Origin: Eledone cirrhosa
Lineage: Eukaryota
Assembly: GCA_964016885.1 (NCBI GenBank)
Contig: OZ024758.1
Span: 10,850,001-10,914,000 of the forward strand
DNA length: 64,000 nucleotides
Direction: 5' to 3'
Part shown: in pieces, positions 13,563 through 27,157 of the stretch
Layout: every line of letters starts with the position of its first letter
Numbering within the stretch: position 1 is the first letter of the stretch
Made by a program: the position numbers and the translations under genes
The notes under the pieces: generated by a model
What the model was told of the DNA's origin: nothing
The model's input: the letters and a program-made list of their open reading frames with translations, nothing else
Database searches by the model: none

Positions 13563-14561
13563 GGAATTATACACACGAACGCACTGGCTTACCTATCTCA
13601 ATCGTGTTGCTACAATAAGAATCTCATTTTATAATCACAGTTCTAGCCTTACATGTAAATAGTAATTTTGACATCCATTCATGAATATTTGTGTAAATAT
13701 ATCCTAGAAGTATATTATTATATCATTCATATATTTAATCACTTCCATATATCAGTAATCCACATAAACTTTCTCTTATACAAAATGTTTACCTATCAAA
13801 CCATAAATTTCCAGGTTATATGTATATCCCGCAATCCCGTATATTAGGCATAACAATAATATATATATATATATACACATATAAATATGATTGTTATAAC
13901 AATCATATATATATTAGATGAAACAGAAAAAAAAAGAATTCAACGTATCGGACTTTAGCCCTTCACCAGATATACACTTTAAAGATAGAAGAAAAAGAAC
14001 ACACCACACAAACACAACAGTTGGATTTTCCTACATCTATGTTACAACTGCTGGTAGCCATAGAACTACAAATAATAAATAAAATCCGCCTCATATAAAA
14101 TGTTAAGGTGATAATGAAGATAAATATATTTTCTTTAATATTTGAATTGACTTCAACACATTTCAATTATCTTGTAGAAATTGTATGTAAATCTTATGTT
14201 TTTGTAAATCTCTTCAATTTATCGGTTTGTTTGAATTTTCCTGTTTATATACACTTTGTAGAAAATATATGAGAACATGTTATGGCTAAATAGGGAAGAT
14301 GTTAGCTTTGTAATGAAAGGGTCGCGGGTTCGATGCTTCAGCGTGGCATCTTTAGCAACTGTCATTTACCAGTCACGAGTGAATCCAAACATTATGAGTG
14401 AGATTGAGTTGAAGGAAACTGTTTGGAAACTTATATGTTCTGAACATATATATACACGTGTCTGTGGAGTTGTCGGGCATTTACATACACAATACAATTC
14501 ATAGACAGGCTGTTCTATTGATCAAATAATTTGAATAGTCATCGTCGAATCGGCAATCGTC

Positions 14562-14621
<60 letters not shown>

Positions 14622-15559
14622 GTAGATGTGTGTGAATTTATGTATGTGTACAGAATAAGCATACACACACACACATACACACACACATATATATATATAT
14701 ATCAGTGTGTGAAGGGTGAAAGAGATATGGAGATAAAGAGTATGTGCCAGTCGACATGTGTGTGTGTTATCTAGCAATGTATCTACATACACTTATATAT
14801 ATATATATATATATAAATGAATGAGTAAATAAGCGTCAGAAAACGTTGTTAATCTGCTGATGGGCATCGCGATAAAAGAATTTAAAAAAAAAAGGAAATC
14901 GAAATGGCGTGTTACGTTATCGAAAAAACAATCTGCGTTTGAACATTTAAGTTGGAAATTATTGATTTCTGTTCAGTTCAAAGTTTATAAAGGATTACGA
15001 TATATACAAATGTAGATGACTCAATAGTTTGTAAACTATAAGTACTCGTAGAGATAATTTTACTAAGGTGGCTGTTTCAGTAGATATCTTCGTGCTAAAT
15101 TAGCAGAAGATTGGTCTAAAGATAGTAACAAACAGATAAGGTAGAATAAAAACAGCAGGTGGAATTGCGAATGATTCCATCTATAAACATAGAATTAGCT
15201 ATTTAAAAATAATAGCTTTTTCTTATATATTTCAAGGATTTAAATGGAAAGCAAAGCAAAAGAAAAGAACAGATAGGCAGCGAATTCGCGACGTCTTTAG
15301 AAAGCCGGATTAAACGGTGTGGTATTTGTTCCGGTTTTCTGCGGACTTCTGTTGACATCCTGCCAAGGACAATATTGTATTTGAACATTTCGGGATTTCG
15401 GTGTCATGACATAACGTATCAGTGGATTTATAGGAATTGTCTGAGAATTAGACGGGATACTTCGGGATATCGAATCTGACTTTGGGCAGTTTGATTTAAA
15501 ATCCCGCAAATGAAATGTTTATCAATTATATTTGTAGACACACACTCAGAGGATAACAC

Positions 15560-15619
<60 letters not shown>

Positions 15620-17246
15620 ACACGAATAGTGAAATGATTAAGTGTGGTTACTAACAAAGTGAAATACCAGCGACAGTTTATGGTTTATAACATCTAGCTC
15701 AGGCGTGATTAGTATGACAGTACGACTGTTAAAATATAGATCAAGTTCTCTTTCTCTTTATGTAATAACTGATCGATTCCAAAAATAGACATCGATCAAC
15801 TAAATACCAAACTGAACTCAGTCTGATCGACTTAGAACTTTTTAAAAGCATTGACCTTAACGTCTGAAACTAGTAAAACAAAGAACATATAATTGAAGAC
15901 GAACAGATAATATATATATTCAAACATTGTATGAACAAAAATTTGGAGACAGCAAAATTAAATTAACTTCCCTTAATTATATTTGTTTGTAGAGTTTGTC
16001 TATTTTTAATATCTTAGGGTTGTATTATAGAATGTGATGTTGAGTATTGAAGGAAAACTAATATAAATATATTGGAAAGAGAGAAGAATAATTGCTGGAA
16101 CATTGTCATCGCTTGTAGAAACATTCAAAGACACCGATAGATTCATTTATTTACACAGAATGTAAAATATTACTTCATAACACACACGCACACACACACA
16201 TACACAGGGTGTGTTTGTGTGTGTATTTAGGTAGCATGTATGTATATAGGTATATATACACATAGATATATATGATTCATATCACTGTGTGATCAGGTGT
16301 GTGGCTGTATTTGTACGCATGTGTGTGTATTTGTATGTGTTTTGTGGCTGTACGTGTGTGTGTACGTGTATACTTACATGAGCAGACATGTGTACATAAA
16401 CAATAAAAATAATTACATTTCTTCGTGTCTGAAAAAAAAATGAATTTTCGTTTTTGCTTTGAATGTAAATTTTGTCTTCTGCATCGTTTAATATTGGCAA
16501 TATTTAATAAGAAGCTTTTGATCGTCTGTTTCATCTTATAAAACATTTTTCTGAGAAATTCAACTGTATTACATCGTTGACCTCGTCCATAAGTTGGTTG
16601 TCTAAGCTTCTTTAATCTGAGAAAGGTAAGCTGTCTAACGCTGTTTATTAACCGAACAAAATGACTATGGTTGTGTCTGTACGGTTAAACATTTGTTCCG
16701 CATCAATATGGTTCTGGGTTTGATGCCAAGATGGGGAAAATTGTGTGAATGTCTTCATACGATCAGCTCAGTTGACTTAAAGGTTTGGAGTGAGACGCCT
16801 CTGTACGTCTCTAATGTATATAATACATGGCTTATAATCTAAATTGGTAGCAAATAATTTTAGAAATGTTTATACAGGGTGTCCCCCAAAAATGTATACA
16901 AAAAAAAAAAAAAAATACATTAAAATAAATTCTGTTTTATATGCATTATTCAAATTATGCAAACATTTTTGGGTGTTTACATACATTTGAATTATGTCTG
17001 TAGATCATTTTATTCATAAGGCTATGCATTCTAATAATTATTGTTTGTACAGATAATCAAGTGGGAAGGAGACCCTGTATTTGGTATAATACCAAATATA
17101 ATCTTAAACTCGCGACAAGTCATAGGTTTTCAATTAATTTGATTCTTCCACAAATCACTATCTTTATTTTTCCTGTAATAGGAGGTTTATTGACCTGCTC
17201 ATTGTACAACTATAAGCAAAATCTAAGTGACGGTCGTCTTCCTTTA

Positions 17247-17458
17247 TAAACCTTTCGTTACCATCTAATGAAATACATTATGTGAATTAGAAGGGATTTA
17301 GTAGCGTAACAACTCTTGGTGTCAGGAACATAAAGTTCTAATATAAAACTATAATGTAAATCTTTTTAAAAATAAATATAAATACTTTAACAAAACCAGG
17401 TTTGTATTGTAGAACCAAGAAGTGTAATCTCAGTCGATATTTATAGCAAATGGGTTAA
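17247..17458. mobile_element. Decayed TTAA-flanked (piggyBac-like) MITE
   Basis: Ends are TAAACCTTTCGTTA ... TAGCAAATGGGTTAA. A related element lies at 33819-34385. Confidence 0.45.
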
Positions 17459-17678
17459 AACTTGCTACGGTTCAACACATTACTTAATCTACCATTCTCA
17501 TATTATTGTGAGAAAATCAGGAAAATGACTTTTTGGTGTTCAATTATTTAAGAATTCAACCGTTAAATTGTATTCATATCTTTTTCCCAATATCTCCGAA
17601 TTACCCACCATTGTTCCATTTAATCTAAGTAGCTTCACAGCCAGCTTAATGGATCATTAAATATAACCGTAGCAACAG

Positions 17679-17730
<52 letters not shown>

Positions 17731-17736
17731 CGCGAG

Positions 17737-17768
<32 letters not shown>

Positions 17769-19043
17769 CGAATATATATATATATATATAAATATATATA
17801 TATAAATGCACCCGCGTGCATATGTATATATATATATATATATATATGAATATATATTCGTATGTGTTTGTGCGCGCGCGCAGCAGTGTGTATGTATTTA
17901 TAGATATATGAATATATATACATAAATGAATGTGCATATGCGTATGTGTATTTGTATTATTGAAAATGATATTAAAAACGGGATTAAGTTCTTGTTTCAT
18001 CTTTCATCTTAAGATTGTTTAATATTTTCACATAAGACCGAACTAATTCATTTGGAAAGCTAACTATCCTAAATTTATCAACGTTTCTAGACTTCAGCAG
18101 TCTCATCTTCATGACGTGTGAATTGTTTGTCTGTGGAACAGACTGTGTAAACAGATTTGAATTTAATAACAATGCCCTCAACACTAGAGCATTTATAAAG
18201 ACTCGTTTGCACTTCACAAATATTTATATCAATTATACACGAACACACACACATACACACACACTAATTATCTATGAGAGATACATATCATATGACTTAT
18301 TTACACCATCAACACAGAGGAACACATACATTCTGACACAACACATTTACACACATGCATAAACACCTACACTCTCAAATACAGAAGACATTCTCACACA
18401 TACTTGGCTCTTTATAAAATAGATACATAATCACAAATTCTGACACTGATTCTTGTGACTGAAAAATCTACTTTTCCCCCTGCTTTGTTTGAAGAAGGAT
18501 CTCCGTCTGAAACGTTGTTCTTTCCTCTGTTCCTTCTATGCTATATATTTCAATAAATCTCGTTCTAACTCACTAAATATTGTCAATTATGCATCGTAGG
18601 ATTCCTGAAAGTGGAAGTAATATATAGAAAAAATAAATAATTCATTCAGAAATGTATGATATTTGGTGATAAATATATTATATTCTGGGGGCCAAACAGC
18701 ATCCCCTAACTACGTTCCAATACATTTATCTGAAGGAACGCAATATAAAAGCTGACACATTCAAACAAAAGATAGCGCATTGTTTGAATAATTAATCAAG
18801 AAGGACAGTGAACGTATGCATATTTTCAGCTTCATCCAGAAAGAGAAACACACACACACACAAACACACATACATACACACACACATACATACACACACA
18901 CACATACATACACACACACACATAAACATATACAAACATACACATAAACACACACATAAAAACATAAACACATACACACATAAACATACACACACTCTCT
19001 CTTTCTCTCTCTTTCTCTCTCTGAAGTGTTGCATAGTCAGAGC

Positions 19044-19074
<31 letters not shown>

Positions 19075-19194
19075 CTTAAATTACAAGTGAAAAGGTGCTA
19101 TGTCTGTTATGTCATTGAATAATTTCGACATTCGTTCTATATCATTGTAATATCTAACGCAAATGCCCTCGCATACCCGAATATATAATATATA

Positions 19195-19312
19195 TTATCC
19201 CGATTGCAGTTCTAGTCCTGTAGAAGCTTTTTCTATATTAAATATTTATTCTCTGCTTGGTATTGAGTACCTTACTTACTGTGGTTACCCCCGATTGAAC
19301 CCGGGATAAACT
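19195..19312 (+). mobile_element. Family B truncated copy
   Basis: CAGTTCTAGTCCTGTAGAAGC...GTATTGAGTACCTTACTTACTGTGGTTACCCCCGATTGAACCCGGGAT, between TA tracts. Confidence 0.7.
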
Positions 19313-19407
19313 TATATATATGTGTGTGTGCGTATGTGTTTGTGATATAAAGAAAATAACAGGACGAATACAGAATAGTTTCAGCATAGTTCGATTGGAA
19401 ATACTGA

Positions 19408-19441
19408 TTTGATGTTTCGTGAGTGGATCCGTCTTCAGAAA
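19408..19441 (-). ncRNA. Degenerate minimal hammerhead
   Basis: Minus strand: TTT-CTGAAGA-CGGATCCACTCAC-GAAAC-ATC^AAA. Probably derived from GAAACGTC by CpG decay. A similar decayed motif is on + at 18489-18516 (TTGAAGA...GAAACGTT). Confidence 0.4.
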
Positions 19442-19928
19442 AAGAGATGGAGAAAAAGAGATTGGGTAAAAAAAAAAAAAAAAAAAAAAAGAATAAATGA
19501 AGACAGAAAACAGAATGTTACTTTGAGTATTTGAACTTGTTTGTCGTTTTGCTTGCTTTCTTTATCTGTACGAGTATTTTCTGTTTAATTAAGTCTTGTT
19601 TGGTTTTTCAACATGTGTATGGCTGTTTTGAAACGCTCGTTTGCTTATATACATATATCTATGTGTGGCTTTGAACGTTGTATTGACTGTCTTTTATTTA
19701 GGTTGTGTTGCTTCCCGTACCCATTCCATAGGTTCGTATATTAAGAACTTCATTATCCTATGAATCTTACATTAACACTTGTATATTTAAAAAAAAATTG
19801 TGGTGATTCGGCAGCTATTTCTAGAAGTTCGAGTAACCTGTTTAGTAGCTTTCGTGTTGGTTCTTTGTAACATAATATCATAATGTCTGTTGTTGAATAA
19901 CATATGTTTTTGTGTGTAAAATAGACAT

Positions 19929-19959
<31 letters not shown>

Positions 19960-20103
19960 ATATATGTGTGAATGAAGTAATTCCGTCGGAAAAGTCCAAG
20001 AAAAAAGAGTGCTCTATGTAGGCAACAGAGCTTAATTATTATTATTATGTAATAAACAACATAAGGCAATTATTCCATTGCCTTATGTTGTTTATTACAT
20101 AAT

Positions 20104-20136
<33 letters not shown>

Positions 20137-20141
20137 CGTAG

Positions 20142-20243
20142 GTCCCGGGTTGAGTCGGGGATAACCACAGTAAGTAAGGTACTCAATACATGGCAGATTT
20201 CATCTGAATGAAACAGTACTAGTCCTGTAGAAGCTCCTTCTAT
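20142..20243. mobile_element. Family B copy with inversion plus deletion
   Basis: The 3' end on - is joined to GAATGAAACAGTACTAGTCCTGTAGAAGC on +. Confidence 0.65.
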
Positions 20244-20257
20244 AAAATAAAAAAATA

Positions 20258-20302
<45 letters not shown>

Positions 20303-20660
20303 GCGCGCGAGATATGTGAAGCAATATAAAATGTGGCATTTATTGTTGATGAGAATGTTCTGTAGAGAGAAACATTTCGGTTGATTGCATTTATAAACTG
20401 ACAAAGGATAATATACCTTCAAGATAATTTTCAGCTATTAAATTACGGAGACATTGAAAAAAATATTTGTTCAATCTGTTCCCTGTTAGCTACTTATTTC
20501 CAACAGAGAAAATATGTTACAGACGAATAAATCATTTTACATACTCTAAATATTATTACCACATATATACTATATAACTACATTCAGCTGAGATATTACG
20601 AATAAATATAATACGGCCAACTACACATTCTTACTGATGGATATATATATATATATATAT

Positions 20661-21008
20661 CATCATCATCATCATCACCGTTTTACGTCCGTTCTTCCAC
20701 GCTAGCATGGGTTAGACGGGTTGTCCTGTTGTGGGCAGTGTCTGGTCGGCTGACCATGCCTTGCTCATACAGGAACTGATCTGGCTTGATTTCTACAGCT
20801 GGATGCCCTTCCTAACACCAACCTCATTTACAGTGAGTGCTGGGTGCTTTTTCGTGGCGCCTACACGTCCACTTTACAGTGTGGGCTGGGTGCTTTTTTG
20901 CCGTGACACCTCCACGACCACCTTGCGGTGGGGGGAGTGGGGGCATATTATTTATATGCTTCAGCATGTACCCATGGGAGGTCGGGTACCCTGTATTACT
21001 GCGTGACG
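20661..21008 (-). mobile_element. SINE with RTE-related/Ceph-like body and (GAT)n tail
   Basis: Minus strand contains GGTTGGTGTTAGGAAGGGCATCCAGCTGTAGAAA and ends ...CCCATGCTAGCGTGGAAGAACGGACGTAAAACGGTGATGATGATG. A fragment also occurs at ~35695-35735. Confidence 0.6.
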
Positions 21009-21153
21009 CCATATATATAGTAATAATAATAAATAAATATATATATATATATATATATATTCTTATAAAGAAAGAGTTGGGTAAATGTTAATCTCCGAGT
21101 TGTAGATTTACAGATATAAAAATAGCAACAAACATTTGATGGTAAGGGGGTTC

Positions 21154-21205
<52 letters not shown>

Positions 21206-21207
<2 letters not shown>

Positions 21208-22136
21208 GTGGCGGACTGGCCAGGTTGCCCAATGGCAAGTGGGTCCCAGGGGGCCCACGGTAACATTGCAGGGCCCACTAGTATTTTAGGGGCCAATGCT
21301 TTGCTTTCAAAAAATACCTGAAATCTAAGGGGAAAGAATGACATAAAAAAAAAACAATTAAGCAAAGCATTTGGTCCACCAATTCTCCAGGGAATTACTA
21401 GAAACCAAACTATATGATAGTGCAAATAGGATATAGTTTATGGAACACCGAAATGATTTAGAAGTCGACCTTAAGTAGGAGCAATAACATTAAGAAAGAC
21501 ATGAACGACACCACAACACTTTGATTTGAACATTTTGAAAGTAGGTTTATAATTATGAATTTTCATAAGATTTTCGTAGTTGTCTCTGTGGTCTAGCGGT
21601 AGGTATTAGAGACGGTGGAGATCCTGGTTTTGGGTTCAATCCTGGTCAAGAGATACTTGTAACATTTTTCAGTTTTTATTTTACAACCAATAGAAAAAAA
21701 CTGAAAAGCTTTACTGAGAACCCTACTCCCGACCCGGATCGAACTTCAGACCAGTATGACCACCGTCTATGATTCCTCCAACTCGGCCACCGAGACAGCT
21801 ACAAACGTATAATGAAAATTGATAATTATAAACCTACTTTCAAAATCAAAATTAAAAAGATGTGGTGTTGTTCATGGCTTTCCTAGAGCTATTAGTAATA
21901 TTTAGGGTCGACTTCTGGTCAGTATTGAAAGTCTCTGGATTTCGCAAAATACATATTTTTTATTGGAGAAGATAAAATATTTTTCGCAAAAATTTGATTG
22001 CACTGTTTTGTTTCCACTTATGTATTTTTCGAAAATGTTATTTATTCATTATAAAAATTAAATGGTAGCATTCTATATGTAGGTGGACCCTCTTTATCTC
22101 CTGGCAACCAATATTTTTAGACCCAGTCCGCTACTG
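21206..22136. mobile_element. Non-autonomous hAT-like DNA transposon (MITE)
   Basis: TIRs CAGTGGCGGACTGG / CCAGTCCGCTACTG, with TACACACA(CA) duplicated on both sides. No ORF. Confidence 0.8.
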
Positions 22137-22257
22137 TACACACACACATTACATACATATAAACGTTACATATAGGCAATTCTATCATTCTCTACAAAGC
22201 TATGCCAGCATAACACCGTTTCCTAGAGTAATAGGAAACAAATATAGCATACATAAT

Positions 22258-22377
22258 AAATAATTGTTTCTACTTTAAGCACAAGGCCAGCAAATACCCA
22301 GTGCATTACTGGGACTTTATTTTATCGACCCCGTAAGGATGAAAGGCAAAGTCAACCTCGGCGGGATTTGAACTCAT
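22258..22377 (-). mobile_element. SINE, 5'-truncated
   Basis: Runs from the tail to the B box. Similar truncated copies are at 42296-42380 and 61148-61281. Confidence 0.8.
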
Positions 22378-23891
22378 AATACATAATAAATAATAAATAT
22401 ATATATATTTATACATACATACATATATTTATACATACATACATACATATATTTATACATACATAATAAATAATGAATATATATATATATATATATATAT
22501 CCGACATTTATGGTGGAATATCTTGCTGTGAAGCGTTATACTGCTGATCTAACTTTAACCTATATAGCTTTCTTCACGTTTGGCTACTTGCTGTAGATAT
22601 CTAGTTTTAAAATAGACAGGGGTAATGATAGAAAACATATATCAAGCAACACAGATTAAAAATGATGTCGAAATAAATTACAGAACATCATATTTCAATT
22701 TTTCAACTTTGGTTGAAACATCGAGATGAATACACCCCACTTGTGAAATTATCTCTGTAAGGTGGAATGGCTAACTTAGGGCTCATCTGAGATCTACCGC
22801 CAGGACAAGGGCAGACAGGTCCTCTAACTTTCCCCTTTCCCATTTTTTTCGAATAGTGGTAGTGTGTGTAGGTGCTGGTGATGTTGGTGCTGGTGGCAAT
22901 GTTTTAGTGGTAATGGTGGTAGTAGTATTAGAAGCAGTACTTTTTGTTGTTGTAATAATAGTAGTAATAATAATACTAGTAGTAGTAGTAGTAGTTGTTG
23001 TTTAGCCCCTGGCTAAACGGAGATTGTTTTAATCTAAAGAAAGAAAATTGTTTCTGAAGTTTTTCCTTCCCAGTTTTAAAAAAGACATTTACAGTTTGAT
23101 TTTAGCGAATTTACCTGATTTTCTAGCAAGTCGAGCAACATGTTAAAATGTATTCAGTGTTTCCTATTTAAAGTTTTCACTTTCCTAGATGAATGTGTAG
23201 ATAAATTCGGAAGATGAGTAGACATCCATCACATACAAAGCTTATTTTGACAGCCGATCCATAACTCATTGTTATCACTTAGTTATAATTAAAGATAAGT
23301 GAGGAAAATATTTCCAGCTGTCATATTTTGTCTTTATTTCATTATTATGACTGCATGTAGTATGGCTGTCGTATGTTTAAAAAGATATCGCTTTACAAAA
23401 TCATGTGCTAGGGGGTCTCCGTCGGTTTTGACGATGAGTTTTATAGTTCGAACTATTGGAAAAAAAAAACTACTCTTGAAATTAAGTGGTTGATTATTCC
23501 ACAGCCACGTGTACCCTTCAGGTATTTCTCGGGGAGATTCAGCGTGGTATAGCGTGTAAAACGTTTGGCTCTTTGAATTACAGATAAACTAATTTTTACT
23601 TTGTAAAGTGAACTGGAAAGACGGAAAATAAATTGTTTTGCTGAACCGCCAGACATTGACTGATTTAGAGAGAATATTTTGTAGAACTTCTGGTTCCATG
23701 TTGTATATCAACCGAGTAAACCTTAACTTTCATCCTCCTAGAATCGATCAATTAAGAACCAAACTTAAAATACTCCAATATTAGACTAAATAAAGTAATG
23801 TGGCTAATCTAAGTTTAGTATATTGCAATGTTGCATTTTTTTTGCCAAAATATCTCAATTGCATAAGTGTAGCTCTGTCTGATATTCGAGA

Positions 23892-24215
23892 TAGATATGT
23901 TTCTTTATTAGCCACAAGAGCACAAAAGAAGGGGACAAATACAAAGGGGGAAGTTTATATACAATAAAAACGTGTACAATATTATCACAAATGCAATTTA
24001 AAAATTAGTCGATTTTCCCCAATAGGGGGAGACATTTCATATGGGTAACACATACCCCCGAAAAAAAATGTGCAACCCTCATCTCCAGGAGTACGAAGAG
24101 TTTGTATTTTTTTCCTCTCCTCCTCTTTTTCCTCAACCTACAGGCTGATATAGAGAGAAGGCCCATTCACTCGGGCCATTTTCACCACTTTCACCCACCT
24201 TTCAAGATAGTTAGA

Positions 24216-24216
<1 letters not shown>
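23892..24216 (-). mobile_element. 3' end of an L1/Tx1-like LINE
   Basis: Minus strand reads YLERWVKVVKMARVNGPSLYISL*, resembling a Tx1 ORF2 C-terminus, followed by a 3' UTR ending AATAAAGAAACATATCTATCT. Confidence 0.5.
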
Positions 24217-24249
<33 letters not shown>

Positions 24250-24254
<5 letters not shown>

Positions 24255-24445
24255 AAGGAATTGTGGTAAGGAACCAGATGGACCATAACGCACCAGAGTA
24301 CTCAATACTTAGGGTAGTAGAGTGGGAAATAGGAAAAAGTATGACCCTGACGGCAGAGCTCAAGCCGTTTCGACGGCTATTTCTGGACGTACAGAAATAG
24401 CCGTCGAAATGGCTTGAGCTCTACCGTCGGGGTCATGCTTTTTCA
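24250..24445 (-). mobile_element. Family A fold-back element
   Basis: Diverged homolog of 9301-9495, with inverted arms at ~24333-24444 and TA flanks. Confidence 0.75.
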
Positions 24446-24532
24446 TATATATATTGAGTATATGTTGGTTGTATACCAACACCTCAGTATGCAGATTGGA
24501 GCACTCAACTTGTCTATACCACACTAATTCGG

Positions 24533-24587
24533 ACTGCCTGAAGAGGTCACAGCCAAAGATGGCTGTCACCGAAATATATATAGCAGT
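24533..24587 (+). ncRNA. Minimal (PLE-type) hammerhead ribozyme
   Basis: ACTGC-CTGAAGA-GGTcACAGCCA(AAGA)TGGCTGTcACC-GAAA-TATATA-TA^GCAGT, followed directly by AATAAA (24588-24593). Stem I is 5 bp, stem II is 10 bp and stem III is palindromic. Confidence 0.85.
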
Positions 24588-24633
24588 AATAAACGAAGCT
24601 AAATTTTAAACATTTGACTTATTTATTTTACTT

Positions 24634-24688
<55 letters not shown>

Positions 24689-25211
24689 AGAGAGAGAAAG
24701 AAAGGGATTAATGAATATGAAATATTATTTTTAAGAAAAAATAAATTATCCAACACACCATCTGTTGTCGTTTCGATATTTTGTTGTTTGTTTATATATT
24801 TTTTATATAGTTTTATTTAGAATGTTTTTAATTTAGATTTTAGTTTTCCTGAAAGATCATTTATATTTACAATAAATAAAAACTTTTCAGTTGAGTGGTA
24901 AGGAACACCTGTGGAGAAATGGTTTGAGATGTTTATTATCTTGAGTAGCAAGAGGAAAGGAAATATAACGGTAACAACAGCAACAACAACAACAACAACA
25001 ACAACACCAACAGCAGCAACAACAACTGATACCACCACCAGCAACAACAACAACGACACCTACAACAATAACAAAACAATACAATGACAGTGGCAAGAAC
25101 AATCATAACGTAGAGTACACAAACAAAACGGTAGTAGCAACAGCAGTAGCAACAGTAGCAGTAGCAACAGCAGTAGTAGTAGCAACAGCAGTAGCAACAG
25201 TAGCAGCAGAG

Positions 25212-25965
25212 GTTTCTAATTTAGGCACAAGGTCAGCAATTTTGAGGAATGGTCTATAAAATCAGCCCCAATATTTGTCTGGTATTTGAATTTATCGACC
25301 TTTCAGTCGCATGTGAACTCAAGGACGTAAGGCCTTAACTAAATAACGTAACTGTTTCTAATTTTGGCACAAGGCCAGCAATTATCCCAGTACATTACTG
25401 GTACTTTATTTTATCGATCCCGTAAGGATGAAAGGCAATGTTAACCTCGGCGGGATTTGACTTTGCCTTTCATCCTAAGGGACGTAACTATGCTGGAAAG
25501 CATGGCGTCCGACCCTCTACCGATACTGCCAATAACATAATGTATTTTATTATACTCTCTAACGATTCTGTTAATATATTAACGATAGTTTCTGATTTAG
25601 GCACAAGGCCAGTAATTTTAGGGGGGTTGGTGAAGTCGATTACATCGATCTTAGTACTTGATTGGTTCTATATTTCACCAACTCCAGAGAGATGAAACAC
25701 AAAGTTGGCTTCGGCGACATTACAATACAGTGTGTGAAAAGCCAGAAAAAATACCGCAAAACATTTTGTCCGACTTTCTATCGATTTTTAAAAATAGGAG
25801 TTTAATGAAATTAGCTCCAGTAATTGGCTCATATTTTAATTTATCCGTACCGGAAGTACTAAAGGTAAAGTTAGCCCCAGTGGCAGTTGAGCTCAGAACA
25901 TTTCTTAATAAAATACCTGGCGCTATTTTGTCGGACGCTCTTAAACTTCTGCCAGTCCACCAACC
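25212..25965 (-). mobile_element. Cluster of four SINE copies of different ages
   Basis: GGCACAAGG tail and GAACTC (B box) motifs recur at ~25212, 25350, 25585 and 25820. Confidence 0.7.
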
Positions 25966-26321
25966 TTAATATAAATAATAATGATTCTGATATTGTTAAT
26001 ACTACCACATCATTCATATCATTAATACTACCACACCTAGGAATTCATTTTAATAACGCACTTGTCAGCAATTTAAGTTTTATAATTTGAACTAAATCGA
26101 TAAAGTTTATCAAAAAATAAGAAACTTAAATTAATAATTTAAATATTTGAAAAAATGTAATCAATTTACAAATGCACTAAGTAAAAACATTTTATTTTCT
26201 TAATGACTTCATTACAACTTTTAAGGCTCCTGGGGTGGGTTGGGAAGAGTGGGGAAGTTATTTTTAAACCAGAAACATTGTCTAATTGCTTGCAACAGAC
26301 TAAATTCATTTGCCTTTTTAA

Positions 26322-26515
26322 TAACTGTTTCTACTTTTGGCACCAGGCCAGCAATTATCTCAGTGCATTACTGGTACTTTATTTTATCGACTCCCGTAAG
26401 GATGAAAGGCAAAGTTAACCTCGGCGGGATTTGAACTCAGATCATAAAGGGAGGTAACTCTATGCTTCAAAGCATGGCGCCCGACCCTCTACCGATACTG
26501 CCAATCCACCGCCCT
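26322..26515 (-). mobile_element. SINE, full length
   Basis: Reverse complement of the 29022 consensus. Confidence 0.85.
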
Positions 26516-27118
26516 CCACCACCCTCCACTGCCTCCACCAGCATAATAATTTGCCTTTTTAATAACATCGTTTATTAAATTCAAGATATATTTTATTTTA
26601 TTTTTTCATCAAGAGAAATTAGCCGTTGTCAACTACCATTGCACATATCTGTCTTGGCGAGTGAGGAGGGGGGGGGGGGGGGGGGGCTTGAGGAAAAGTT
26701 TTACATATTGGTGTGTGTTTGTATTTTTGTAAAAATATGTCTATTGTAATTCTGATGTTACATAATTACCATTATAAGTTTTCCATTAATGACCGTGGCC
26801 TTTCCTTCTCTCTCTCTCTCTCTCTCTCTCATATTTCATTTGATTAAAATATATATTAGCATACATTTGACTATGCGTTTTTTACGCAGAAGGCGTCCTT
26901 GGGGAATCTTCCAATTTTATTATCTTAATTGATTAAAAGATTTACTTTCGACAAACCGCATTAAATATGGTAGCCTGCACTTAACTATATGTTCGTCATG
27001 CAGAAGGTACTCGTGAGAATTGTTCCTATATATATATTGATATATTATCGATATACTACATCTCTTGTTTATACTGTCTTTTTTTATTTATTAAATTTCC
27101 TCTATTGTTTGTATGTAC

Positions 27119-27157
27119 GTGACGTTTCAATCCAGGAATTCTATTTCTTCATCAGAC
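27119..27157 (-). ncRNA. Minimal hammerhead ribozyme (weak stems)
   Basis: Minus strand: GT-CTGATGA-AGAAATAGAATTCCTGGATT-GAAAC-GTC^AC. The core is intact but the stems are short. AATAAA and a GAGTAC motif lie downstream. Confidence 0.55.
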
